Shown: in pieces, positions 42,728 to 51,869 of the stretch
Layout of the letters: every line of letters begins with the position of its first letter
How positions within the stretch are numbered: position 1 is the first letter of the stretch
Origin: Escherichia coli
Lineage (GTDB): Bacteria; Pseudomonadota; Gammaproteobacteria; Enterobacterales; Enterobacteriaceae
Reading direction: 5' to 3' (one strand)
DNA length: 64,000 nt
Assembly (NCBI RefSeq): GCF_046105845.1
Contig: NZ_CP151004.1
The notes under the pieces: model-generated
What the model was told of the DNA's origin: nothing
Database searches by the model: none
Seen by the model: the letters and a program-made list of their open reading frames with translations, nothing else
Made by a program: the position numbers and the translations under genes

Positions 42728-42760
42728 TCAAAAAAGGCCGGAGCGGGCGTATCCGGCCAG
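42728..42760 (-). terminator. rho-independent terminator of the five-gene operon
   Basis: GGCCGG...CCGGCC hairpin 7 nt after the vWA gene stop, followed on the minus strand by a T6 run. Confidence 0.8.
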
Positions 42761-42765
42761 AATTT

Positions 42766-43935
42766 TCAGGCGGTTTCTCTTGCTGTCACTACGCCATTTT
42801 GCGCAGCCCACAGATTCACATCTTCCTTACGAATGGCGGCGGCCATCATGCCGGGGAATAAATCTGGGGTACAGGCAAAGGAGGGAATACCCATGGCGGC
42901 GAGTTTTCCTGCCAGTGACCGGTCGTAAAACGGCGCACCTTCATCGCTTAAGGCCAGCAGGGTAACCACCTGTACGCCGGACTGAATCAACTCACTGGCG
43001 CGTTGCAACAGATTGCGTTCCACCCCGCCTTCGTAGAGGTCGGAAATCAGCACCAGAATGGTATTGCGCGGATCGCGAATCAAAGACTGGCAGTAGCCCA
43101 CCGCGCGGTTGATGTCGGTGCCGCCACCCAGCTGTACGCCAAACAGCAGCTCTACCGGATCGTCGAGCTTCTCTGTCATATCAACGACTGCGGTGTCGAA
43201 AACCACCAGATGCGTTTTTACCGCCGGGAGCGATGCCATTACTGCGCCAAAAATACTGGAATAGACCACCGAGGAGGCCATCGACCCACTCTGGTCGATA
43301 CATAAAATGATCTCCTTTTGCGTGCGTTGAGACTTGCGCCCGTAGCCGATCAGCGTTTCAGGAACAATACTTTTATACTCTTCCTGCCAGTGGCGCAGGT
43401 TGGCGCGAATGGTGCGCTGCCAGTCAATTTCCGCGTGGCGCGGGCGACGATTACGTACCGCACGATTAAGAGCGCCGCTTACCGCGCTACGCATTGGCTC
43501 TTCAAGCTGTTTCATCAATTGCTCGACAACTTTACGCACCACAAGCCTGGCGGTTTCTTTGGTTTTGGCCGGAATTACGCCATTCAGCGACATCAGCGTG
43601 GAGACCAGATGAACATCAGGCTGGACGTTTGCCAGCATCTCTGGCTCCAGCAGCATACTGTGCAAATTAAGACGTTCAAAGGCGTCTTTTTGCATCACCT
43701 GAACCACAGAAGAAGGGAAATACTGGCGAATATCACCCAGCCAGCGAGCGACTTTGGGTGACGATCCACCCGTGCCGCCGCGTAATCCATGTTTACCGTC
43801 TGGCTGATAGAGCGCCGCCAGCGCGGCATCAATCGCGGACTCTCTGGCATCCAGCGCCACGTTACAGGCATTGTCGGCATCTTCTCCAAGGATCAGACGC
43901 CAGCGGCGCAGCCGTTCCATTTCGTTACTCGACAT
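42766..43935 (-). CDS. von Willebrand factor A (vWA) domain protein with an intact MIDAS motif; gene 5 of the operon
   Basis: 389-aa ORF with ILCIDQSGSM (DxSxS), a downstream GGGTD and LISDLYEGG; AAGGG Shine-Dalgarno; start overlaps the upstream gene by 11 nt. Confidence 0.8.
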   Translation of the reverse strand: MSSNEMERLRRWRLILGEDADNACNVALDARESAIDAALAALYQPDGKHGLRGGTGGSSPKVARWLGDIRQYFPSSVVQVMQKDAFERLNLHSMLLEPEMLANVQPDVHLVSTLMSLNGVIPAKTKETARLVVRKVVEQLMKQLEEPMRSAVSGALNRAVRNRRPRHAEIDWQRTIRANLRHWQEEYKSIVPETLIGYGRKSQRTQKEIILCIDQSGSMASSVVYSSIFGAVMASLPAVKTHLVVFDTAVVDMTEKLDDPVELLFGVQLGGGTDINRAVGYCQSLIRDPRNTILVLISDLYEGGVERNLLQRASELIQSGVQVVTLLALSDEGAPFYDRSLAGKLAAMGIPSFACTPDLFPGMMAAAIRKEDVNLWAAQNGVVTARETA

Positions 43936-46174
43936 GATTTTCCCTTTCGTGTGGTGGCAAAGCCAGAATGCGGCGCAGTAGCGGCAGCATTAACGCGGCA
44001 CGCTGTTCATCCCATATACCGCAGGTCTCTTCTTGCTGCGCGACACGCTCGCCCTGCGCGGCGCGTTCGCCTAACTGGCGGCGTTCCGGGCTGGAAAAAC
44101 GGCCGAATGTCCGCCGCAGCATCGGCAGGATCCGGGTGAAGTGATCGTCGTTCAGACCGCTTAGCCAGGCATCGATCAACTGCCATAATTCGCTATTGTG
44201 CAGTAGCACCATCGCGCTGTCGTTGAGGAAACCTTCCGCCCATGCGGCACTTTCCGCCGGGGGATTGGCTGGCGATAGCGCCAGGTTCATCAGCGTGGTG
44301 ATCCGTTCTGTCGTTAACGTTTGCAGATCAAACAGCAGGCGCGTCGCCGTTCCGCGAAGCAGCGCGTGTGCGGTACTGCCCTCTGCCAGCACCATCAACG
44401 CCTGCAACCAGCCCGCCAACAGATCTTCGTTATCCAGCAACCGCAGCGCGGCGTGGGCGTCGATAACTTTTTCTCTCATACTGGCGGCGCTGTCGTCGTT
44501 GAGCGCCGAACAGGCTCCGGGTAGGGCGATGGCGGCGCGCGGGGCGAGGCTCATCAGTACCTGCATTACCATACCAGAGTCGGTCTGGCGCACGTTGCCG
44601 TAGCGGACAATCGCCACCAGTGGTGCCAGGGATTCCAGCAACTGTTCGATATTGCCCTGAGTGGCAGCCAGTGATTCCAGTGTATTGGCGATGGGGGCAA
44701 TCGCGGTCTGTAAATCGGCCAGTAGCACCTGTTGGATAAGCTTTGCCAGTTCCGGCAGCGTGCTGGCGTATTGCGCCCTCACAATGGCATAGCGGGAGCT
44801 GGCCTGCTCAATGCTGTTACCCCAACGGCTGGCGGTAATGATGTTCATTGCCAGTGCCGGTTCCCAGCGCAGCGACCAGACTTCGTGGAACGTCCCTTTG
44901 CTGTTATTTCCTTGTCCAGCCAGACGGCCCCAGGGAATGTCGAGTAAGGTCAGGCGATGCAGTAAATGGCTACGCGCCAGATCGCCGGGGTTGCGCAGAT
45001 CAAGATCCAGCACTTTTTCGCTGGCTTCTGCCTTCAGGCGCAGCGTTTTTTGCTGTTGCGTAATGTCGCGTTGGAGCGGCACGACGGGCGTATCATCCGG
45101 TACGCTTCCCAGCGCGTAGCCGACAATTAACTTCTGGCGAATCATCTGCATTGGCGCGCTTTCGCCCATACACACTACGGTTTGCAGCGCTTCGCAAAGT
45201 TCGTCAAGCCCCGGCTGCGGGTGATGGCGCATAATCGCCAGCGTCTGCGCCAGCCGCGCCGCTTCGATAATGTGGGCGCTGGAACAGTCGAGATCGGCTT
45301 CGCGAAACAGCCTTGCCGCGCGTGACAGCCAGCCGATATCGCGGTGAGAAGCGCCCTGATAACGCCACAGATGATCGTACCATTCCGGTGACACCACCCC
45401 TGCGCCATAACCGCTGGCGCGGCTTAACGCCTCGTAGCTCCAGGGCGTCCAGGCTGCCGCGACCTTGCACTTCGGCAAATTTTTCAGCAGTTCGTTATCA
45501 TTCTTTGCGGGCGGCAGGTTTTCCAGCGCCGGAACGTGCCACGCACCGCAGACTACCGCGATGCGCGAGAAGCCCTCTTTTTTCGCCTGACGTAGCGTCT
45601 TGCGCATATACGCTTCACGCAGTTGATCTCTGGCTGAGTTTCGGGCTTCGGGAGTTGCCTGGCGTAGGGCAATCATCGCCTCGCGAATCGCCTCGAACAG
45701 AGACAAATCATCTTCGCGTTCCTCTACTCTGTGGCTCCACCAGCTTTCCCCATCGGTGTAACCGGCGGCGCGGCCCAGCCAGTCCAGCGGATCGCCGTCG
45801 GGACTGGCTTCAACGGCATCATCGTCATCGCTTTCTTTTTCGTCATCAAGCGCGAACTGATGACTGATGGGCAAGTCCATAAAGCGCACGGCGATATTTT
45901 GCTCAAAACCATAGCGCAGCGCCTGCCATTCCGGGGAGAACGCCGCAAAGGGGTAAAACGCGGCGTGATGTGAGTCGTCCGGGGCATAAATCAGTAGCGC
46001 GACCGGCGGTTGCATCTGTTCATGCTGCATGAAAGGCAGAATGGATTCGCCGTCGGGCGGCCCTTCCACCAGCAGGCAGTCGGGCTGTAGCGTCTCCAGC
46101 GCCTTTCGCAGGCTGCGCGCGCAGCCAGGGCCATGGTGACGGATGCCAAACAAATGAACGGTTTGTTCAGTCAT
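43925..46174 (-). CDS. large uncharacterised protein, gene 4 of the operon (from memory resembles DUF5682-type, YehM-like proteins; unverified)
   Basis: 749-aa ORF with E. coli-like codon usage, an AAGG Shine-Dalgarno 9 nt upstream and an internal acidic stretch (DDEKESDDDDAVEASPDGD); no catalytic motif recognised. Confidence 0.7.
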   Translation of the reverse strand: MTEQTVHLFGIRHHGPGCARSLRKALETLQPDCLLVEGPPDGESILPFMQHEQMQPPVALLIYAPDDSHHAAFYPFAAFSPEWQALRYGFEQNIAVRFMDLPISHQFALDDEKESDDDDAVEASPDGDPLDWLGRAAGYTDGESWWSHRVEEREDDLSLFEAIREAMIALRQATPEARNSARDQLREAYMRKTLRQAKKEGFSRIAVVCGAWHVPALENLPPAKNDNELLKNLPKCKVAAAWTPWSYEALSRASGYGAGVVSPEWYDHLWRYQGASHRDIGWLSRAARLFREADLDCSSAHIIEAARLAQTLAIMRHHPQPGLDELCEALQTVVCMGESAPMQMIRQKLIVGYALGSVPDDTPVVPLQRDITQQQKTLRLKAEASEKVLDLDLRNPGDLARSHLLHRLTLLDIPWGRLAGQGNNSKGTFHEVWSLRWEPALAMNIITASRWGNSIEQASSRYAIVRAQYASTLPELAKLIQQVLLADLQTAIAPIANTLESLAATQGNIEQLLESLAPLVAIVRYGNVRQTDSGMVMQVLMSLAPRAAIALPGACSALNDDSAASMREKVIDAHAALRLLDNEDLLAGWLQALMVLAEGSTAHALLRGTATRLLFDLQTLTTERITTLMNLALSPANPPAESAAWAEGFLNDSAMVLLHNSELWQLIDAWLSGLNDDHFTRILPMLRRTFGRFSSPERRQLGERAAQGERVAQQEETCGIWDEQRAALMLPLLRRILALPPHERENHVE

Positions 46175-46191
46175 AGTGGTTGCCTTGCTGA

Positions 46192-47286
46192 TTACACAAT
46201 TTCGCGGCAGGCGCGATAGAGATCGTTCCAGTCGCTGCGCTCTTTGACGATGGTTTCCAGATATTCACGCCATACCACGTCGTCCTGCACGGGGTCTTTT
46301 ACCACCGCGCCGACCAGGCTTGCGGCAATATCCCGCGGATGCAGTACGCCGTCGCCAAAATGGCCTGCCAGCGCCATACCGTTGTTGATAACGGAGATCG
46401 CCTCCGCGGTGCTGAGAGTGCTGGTTGGCGACTTAATTTTTGTTTTGCCGTCAACCGTCAGGCCGTTTCGTAGTTCGCGGAATATCTGCACGACTCGCTG
46501 AATCTCCTTTAATGCTGGTGGTTCGGCGGGCAGCGCAAGCGCCTGGCCGAGTTCAGCGACGCGGCGAGTGACAATGTTAATCTCTTCTTCTTCGCTGGCG
46601 GGTACGGGCAAAATAACTGTGTTGAAACGACGTTTAAGCGCGGAAGAAAGTTCGTTAACACCTTTATCCCGGTTGTTGGCGGTGGCGATAACGTTAAAGC
46701 CGCGCGTCGCCTGGACCTCTTCATTCAGTTCGGGGATAGGCAGCGTTTTTTCCGACAGGATCGTGATCAGCGTGTCCTGAACATCAGCAGGAATACGCGT
46801 CAGCTCTTCTACGCGTGCAATCTGCCCGCGCGCCATCGCCCGCATCAACGGACTTTCTACCAGCGCCGAACGTGACGGACCTTTAGAGAGCAACTCCGCG
46901 TAGTTCCAGCCATAACGCATTTGTTCTTCACCGGTGCCTGCGGTGCCCTGAATAATTAACGTTGAGTCGCCGCTGATGGCGGCCGCCAGATGTTCAGAGA
47001 CCCAGGATTTCGCAGTGCCGGGTACGCCATACAACAGCAGTGCGCGATCGGTTGCCAGAGTGGCAACGGCAGTTTCGATAATCCGCCGGTTGCCGATATA
47101 TTTCGGCGTGACCTCAAAGCCATTTTCCAGCTGCCCGCCCAACAGATAGGTGGCGACGGACCATGGAGAAATGGCCCAGTTTTCCGGGCGCGGATGAGTA
47201 TCGTTTTTTTGCAGCTCATCCAGTTCTTCAGCAAATTGTTGTTCGGCATGTCGGCGTAAAACGGCGGCAGTAGCGGTGGAAGTCAT
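46192..47286 (-). CDS. MoxR-family AAA+ ATPase, gene 3 of the operon
   Basis: 364-aa product from the ATG at 47286 (ATGA overlap with the upstream stop; GGAG Shine-Dalgarno). Walker A GVPGTAKS, Walker B region IARVEEL, sensor-1 NVIATANN, arginine motif ALKRRF. Confidence 0.85.
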   Translation of the reverse strand: MTSTATAAVLRRHAEQQFAEELDELQKNDTHPRPENWAISPWSVATYLLGGQLENGFEVTPKYIGNRRIIETAVATLATDRALLLYGVPGTAKSWVSEHLAAAISGDSTLIIQGTAGTGEEQMRYGWNYAELLSKGPSRSALVESPLMRAMARGQIARVEELTRIPADVQDTLITILSEKTLPIPELNEEVQATRGFNVIATANNRDKGVNELSSALKRRFNTVILPVPASEEEEINIVTRRVAELGQALALPAEPPALKEIQRVVQIFRELRNGLTVDGKTKIKSPTSTLSTAEAISVINNGMALAGHFGDGVLHPRDIAASLVGAVVKDPVQDDVVWREYLETIVKERSDWNDLYRACREIV

Positions 47287-48887
47287 AAAGTAGTTTCTCC
47301 GACAAAAAACGAATGAAGTTGAATTCGGTGCGCCAGCGTGGCGCTCAGGGCAGTAAAGGCTGCCTCGCAATAAGGCGTTTGTTGTGCGTCGTGCGGCCAC
47401 TTTTCAATGACATCATTGAGGACTTCGGGGGCCAGCAGGCAGGCGAAATCACTCATCACATGGCGCAGGGCGTAGTCAAAGCGCGCGGAATCATGTTTCA
47501 CCCAACGGTGCAGCTCCGTGACCATTTGCTGGCTCAGGCGCAGGCTAAAGAGCGACGCATCCGGCGGTAACAGGCTGATGTAGCGATGTAAATGTTCGCC
47601 GCCCACCACTGAGAACAATGACCGTAACATCGGCTCGTGTTCTTCTACAGGCAGACATTGCAAAAGCTCAAAGGCGTTAATCTTCACGCCTGCAGTATGA
47701 TGAATGCTCATTCCGACGGGCAGCATGGCGAGAAACGCCTGCGCCCACTGCGGATTTTTTTCGCGCAGTACGGCGTGATACCAGGCGCGCAGTAGCGCCT
47801 CCTGCCAGTCGGTTTTCCCGGCCCAGCGCAGCAGTTCAACGGGGGTAGCCTGCAGTTGCGTTTGCCACCAGTCGAGCGGAACCGCTGCAACTATCTGATA
47901 CAGCCACCATGCGCGCTGGCCCAACTTTTCGCCTTTGGGCTTAGTTTCTTCCAGCGCATCGGCCTTCCACTCTGGTAAGAACGCCTCCGGGGCATCAAGG
48001 GCGACGCGCAGCGTTTTTTCTCCGCGCAGTAAACCTTTTCGCCGCGCAAGCCAGCTCTCAGGATCGGGGGAGGAATTGAGCAGCGGCGCTAACCTGGACT
48101 TCATGCGCCAGACCCAGGCGCTTTCTGGCAGACAAAGCAGTAATCGTGCCGCAGTTTGCCGCACCTCTTTGCTGCGATCGGATAATGTCTGTTCCAGAAA
48201 GGCTTCGTCGTATTGGGAGATCTCCACTTCCAGCACAGCCAGCAGCTGTGCGCGTTCGCGGGCATCCAGCGAACTCATCTCCTGCGCCAGCCGATCGCGA
48301 CCCTGTTCCGGGGCGCGAATGCGCATTTGCGTCAGATATTGCAGACGCTGTTCGGACGTGCCGTGCAGCCACATTTCTTCATCCAGCGGAGCGTCAACGG
48401 AGGCAAGAAAATAGCGCCAGTCGGCGTTAATCTGCGCCAGCCAGCGCCCGCGAGCGCCGAGGACATTGGGCAGAATGCCGCGTATTGATGGATTTTGTAC
48501 GCCGTAATTCAGCAGTGCCGGTAACAGCAGGGGCGGAGAAAGAAGCTGACGCTGGACCAGGTGATCAAGCGCTGACCACAGTAAACGCGGCGGCCCTTCT
48601 GCCAGCAACAGATGCAGCAGTCCCGCAAAAGCCGGGTTGTTTATTGGCTCGGCATTTTCTTTATCGATTTCCGGCAGCGGTGCGGGGTCAATCGCCTGCG
48701 GCTCCCAGCCAGCCAGATGGCAGAGTGCCAGAACGCCCGCCGAGCGCAGTAGCTGTTGCTCTGCAGATGTGTTATTCGCCAGTTCAGACAGTAGCAGCCC
48801 AATCTCACTTTGCGACGCTGACGGTGTAAACGCTTTTTTGTCTGTGCCGAGTAGCGCTGTGCGGGTTAAATTTTTCCATTCGTTCAT
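47283..48887 (-). CDS. uncharacterised Leu/Trp-rich protein, gene 2 of the operon (from memory resembles DUF5691-type proteins; unverified)
   Basis: 534-aa product from the ATG at 48887 (ATGA overlap with the SWIM gene stop; GGAGG Shine-Dalgarno 8 nt upstream); the track ORF begins at an upstream TTG. Confidence 0.7.
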   Translation of the reverse strand: MNEWKNLTRTALLGTDKKAFTPSASQSEIGLLLSELANNTSAEQQLLRSAGVLALCHLAGWEPQAIDPAPLPEIDKENAEPINNPAFAGLLHLLLAEGPPRLLWSALDHLVQRQLLSPPLLLPALLNYGVQNPSIRGILPNVLGARGRWLAQINADWRYFLASVDAPLDEEMWLHGTSEQRLQYLTQMRIRAPEQGRDRLAQEMSSLDARERAQLLAVLEVEISQYDEAFLEQTLSDRSKEVRQTAARLLLCLPESAWVWRMKSRLAPLLNSSPDPESWLARRKGLLRGEKTLRVALDAPEAFLPEWKADALEETKPKGEKLGQRAWWLYQIVAAVPLDWWQTQLQATPVELLRWAGKTDWQEALLRAWYHAVLREKNPQWAQAFLAMLPVGMSIHHTAGVKINAFELLQCLPVEEHEPMLRSLFSVVGGEHLHRYISLLPPDASLFSLRLSQQMVTELHRWVKHDSARFDYALRHVMSDFACLLAPEVLNDVIEKWPHDAQQTPYCEAAFTALSATLAHRIQLHSFFVGETTL

Positions 48888-50206
48888 TGTGCGCCTCCGG
48901 TTGCCCAAATCACGCTACCGGCAAGCCAGGCGCTACAGGGCGTCAGTTGCTGACCGTCCCATTCCCCCATTAGCATAAACGGCGCGCCGCCGCTGGCAGC
49001 CAGTAACCGCCAACCCTCGTCCGATGACAGGAGCGTCGGTAAGTGCTGGCCCTGTGTCGAGACGAATCGCCAGCCGCTCTCGTGCGGGTAAATCAATATT
49101 TCGCTTACTCGCAGCGGCAGAGGCCATTGCCAGGGATTCGCGCTAAGCCGCTGCGCCATGTCATGCAGCGCGTCCGGGAGGGGTAATTCTGCAAGCGGGA
49201 ATCTTTCACCGCGGGTAAACGGCTCCACAACCCGCGCCCGTAGCGGTGATGCGCCAGGGAAAAAGGCAAGCGCGCCCTGGCAGACTTGCCCGGTGATAAA
49301 GTGCTGGGGAAAGTTTTTACCACCGTGTGAATAGTCCAGCAGTAGCGCGGTGCGGTGGCTCTTTTCTCCGTACAACCAGACCCGGCGTCGCCACAGATTA
49401 TTCTCTTCTTGCGCGCTTTGACCTAAGATCTGCCAGTTATCGAGGCAGGTTAATCCGTCAGTGACGTCGTGTTTTTCCGGGGGTATTCCCAATGCCGCAT
49501 GGAGATCGCTAAGTTGTGCCGGGGATAACATTTGTTGCTGGCGCCAGGCGTCAATAATCAGCTGTAGCTGCCCCAGTTCTTTGCACAGGCTCGATGGCCA
49601 TACCTCGGCGGTAGTAAAAAGAGTGGTCAGATTGTTCAGGCGAGCGGCAATTCCCGGTAGTTGGGCGTCGACCATGCGGGCGGCGATCCCGGCAAAAGGC
49701 AACTGTTGTGCAGAGATCTGCGCCAGACCGTGGCGGATCAGGTCGTGCATCCACTGTTCGAGGAAATCCAGCCCCGCCGTCATTTTTTGGTTACGTGCCG
49801 CTTCCCGTTTGGCGGCAGCCTGCGGGTCGGCAGCTTTTGCCTCAGCCTGCTCTTTCTTCTCTTCTTTGTGAACCGCCCGCTGCTGGCGCGAGGTTAGCCA
49901 CTCGCTTACCCATTCCGGCGGCTCGCCAGCGGTGAAACTTGCGGTGTGTTGCACCTGGAGCAAAAGCAACGCAAGGCTATGTTTACAGGGGAATTTACGG
50001 CTGGGGCAGGAACATTTACAGGCCAGATCCTGTCTGTCGATTCGTACCTGATAAGGGCGGGAGCCGCTACCTTTACACTCTCCCCAGAAGGCGGTCTCGC
50101 TATATCCCAGCGTCGGCCATTTTGCGGGGGCAACCAGGCCACGAGCCGCTTTAACCGAGGCGTCATCGGGCGCCAGGGCTTGCACTGATTCAACGGTCAG
50201 TTCCAT
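48884..50206 (-). CDS. SWIM zinc-finger domain protein, gene 1 of the operon
   Basis: 440-aa ORF with a CxCxnCxH motif (CKCSCPSRKFPCKH) near residue 60, then a Lys/Glu/Ala-rich charged linker and a C-terminal domain of unknown function. Confidence 0.8.
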   Translation of the reverse strand: MELTVESVQALAPDDASVKAARGLVAPAKWPTLGYSETAFWGECKGSGSRPYQVRIDRQDLACKCSCPSRKFPCKHSLALLLLQVQHTASFTAGEPPEWVSEWLTSRQQRAVHKEEKKEQAEAKAADPQAAAKREAARNQKMTAGLDFLEQWMHDLIRHGLAQISAQQLPFAGIAARMVDAQLPGIAARLNNLTTLFTTAEVWPSSLCKELGQLQLIIDAWRQQQMLSPAQLSDLHAALGIPPEKHDVTDGLTCLDNWQILGQSAQEENNLWRRRVWLYGEKSHRTALLLDYSHGGKNFPQHFITGQVCQGALAFFPGASPLRARVVEPFTRGERFPLAELPLPDALHDMAQRLSANPWQWPLPLRVSEILIYPHESGWRFVSTQGQHLPTLLSSDEGWRLLAASGGAPFMLMGEWDGQQLTPCSAWLAGSVIWATGGAQ

Positions 50207-50398
50207 TACAATTCTCTATTGGCGTGGGGAAATCGATGGGGTCAAGGAGGCGTTAAGCAAAGCAGGAGGAGACTGTTTTCCGTAACAGCGTATTGCGCGT
50301 CCATCGCAAATTTGTAGTGAGTATAGCGGGCGGTAAATTCAGGAAACAATGGCGGATAGCGGAAAGTGTAGTTTTTCGGAAAAAGATAACTTTATCCC

Positions 50399-50431
50399 GT
50401 GTAACCCGTTTTAAGCGGGCTACACGGGAGG
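50399..50431 (-). terminator. strong hairpin immediately downstream of gltD (probable terminator)
   Basis: 13-bp stem CCCGTGTAGCCCG / CGGGTTACACGGG with one G-U pair, starting 8 nt after the gltD stop; the U-tract is displaced about 12 nt. Confidence 0.5.
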
Positions 50432-50438
50432 CTGCAAT

Positions 50439-51869
<1,431 letters not shown>

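Noticed and set aside
45313-48414. Plus-strand ORFs antisense to the operon genes (45313-45867, 47935-48414, 48485-48978)
   Set aside because: They are Arg/Ser/Pro/Ala-rich antisense reading frames of GC-rich coding DNA, whereas the minus-strand genes have Shine-Dalgarno sites and coupled starts.
42575-50438. Interpretation of the variable interval as a prophage, integrative element or IS-mediated insertion
   Set aside because: No integrase, transposase, phage structural gene, tRNA attachment site or terminal inverted repeat was seen; only five chromosomal-looking genes with their own terminator.
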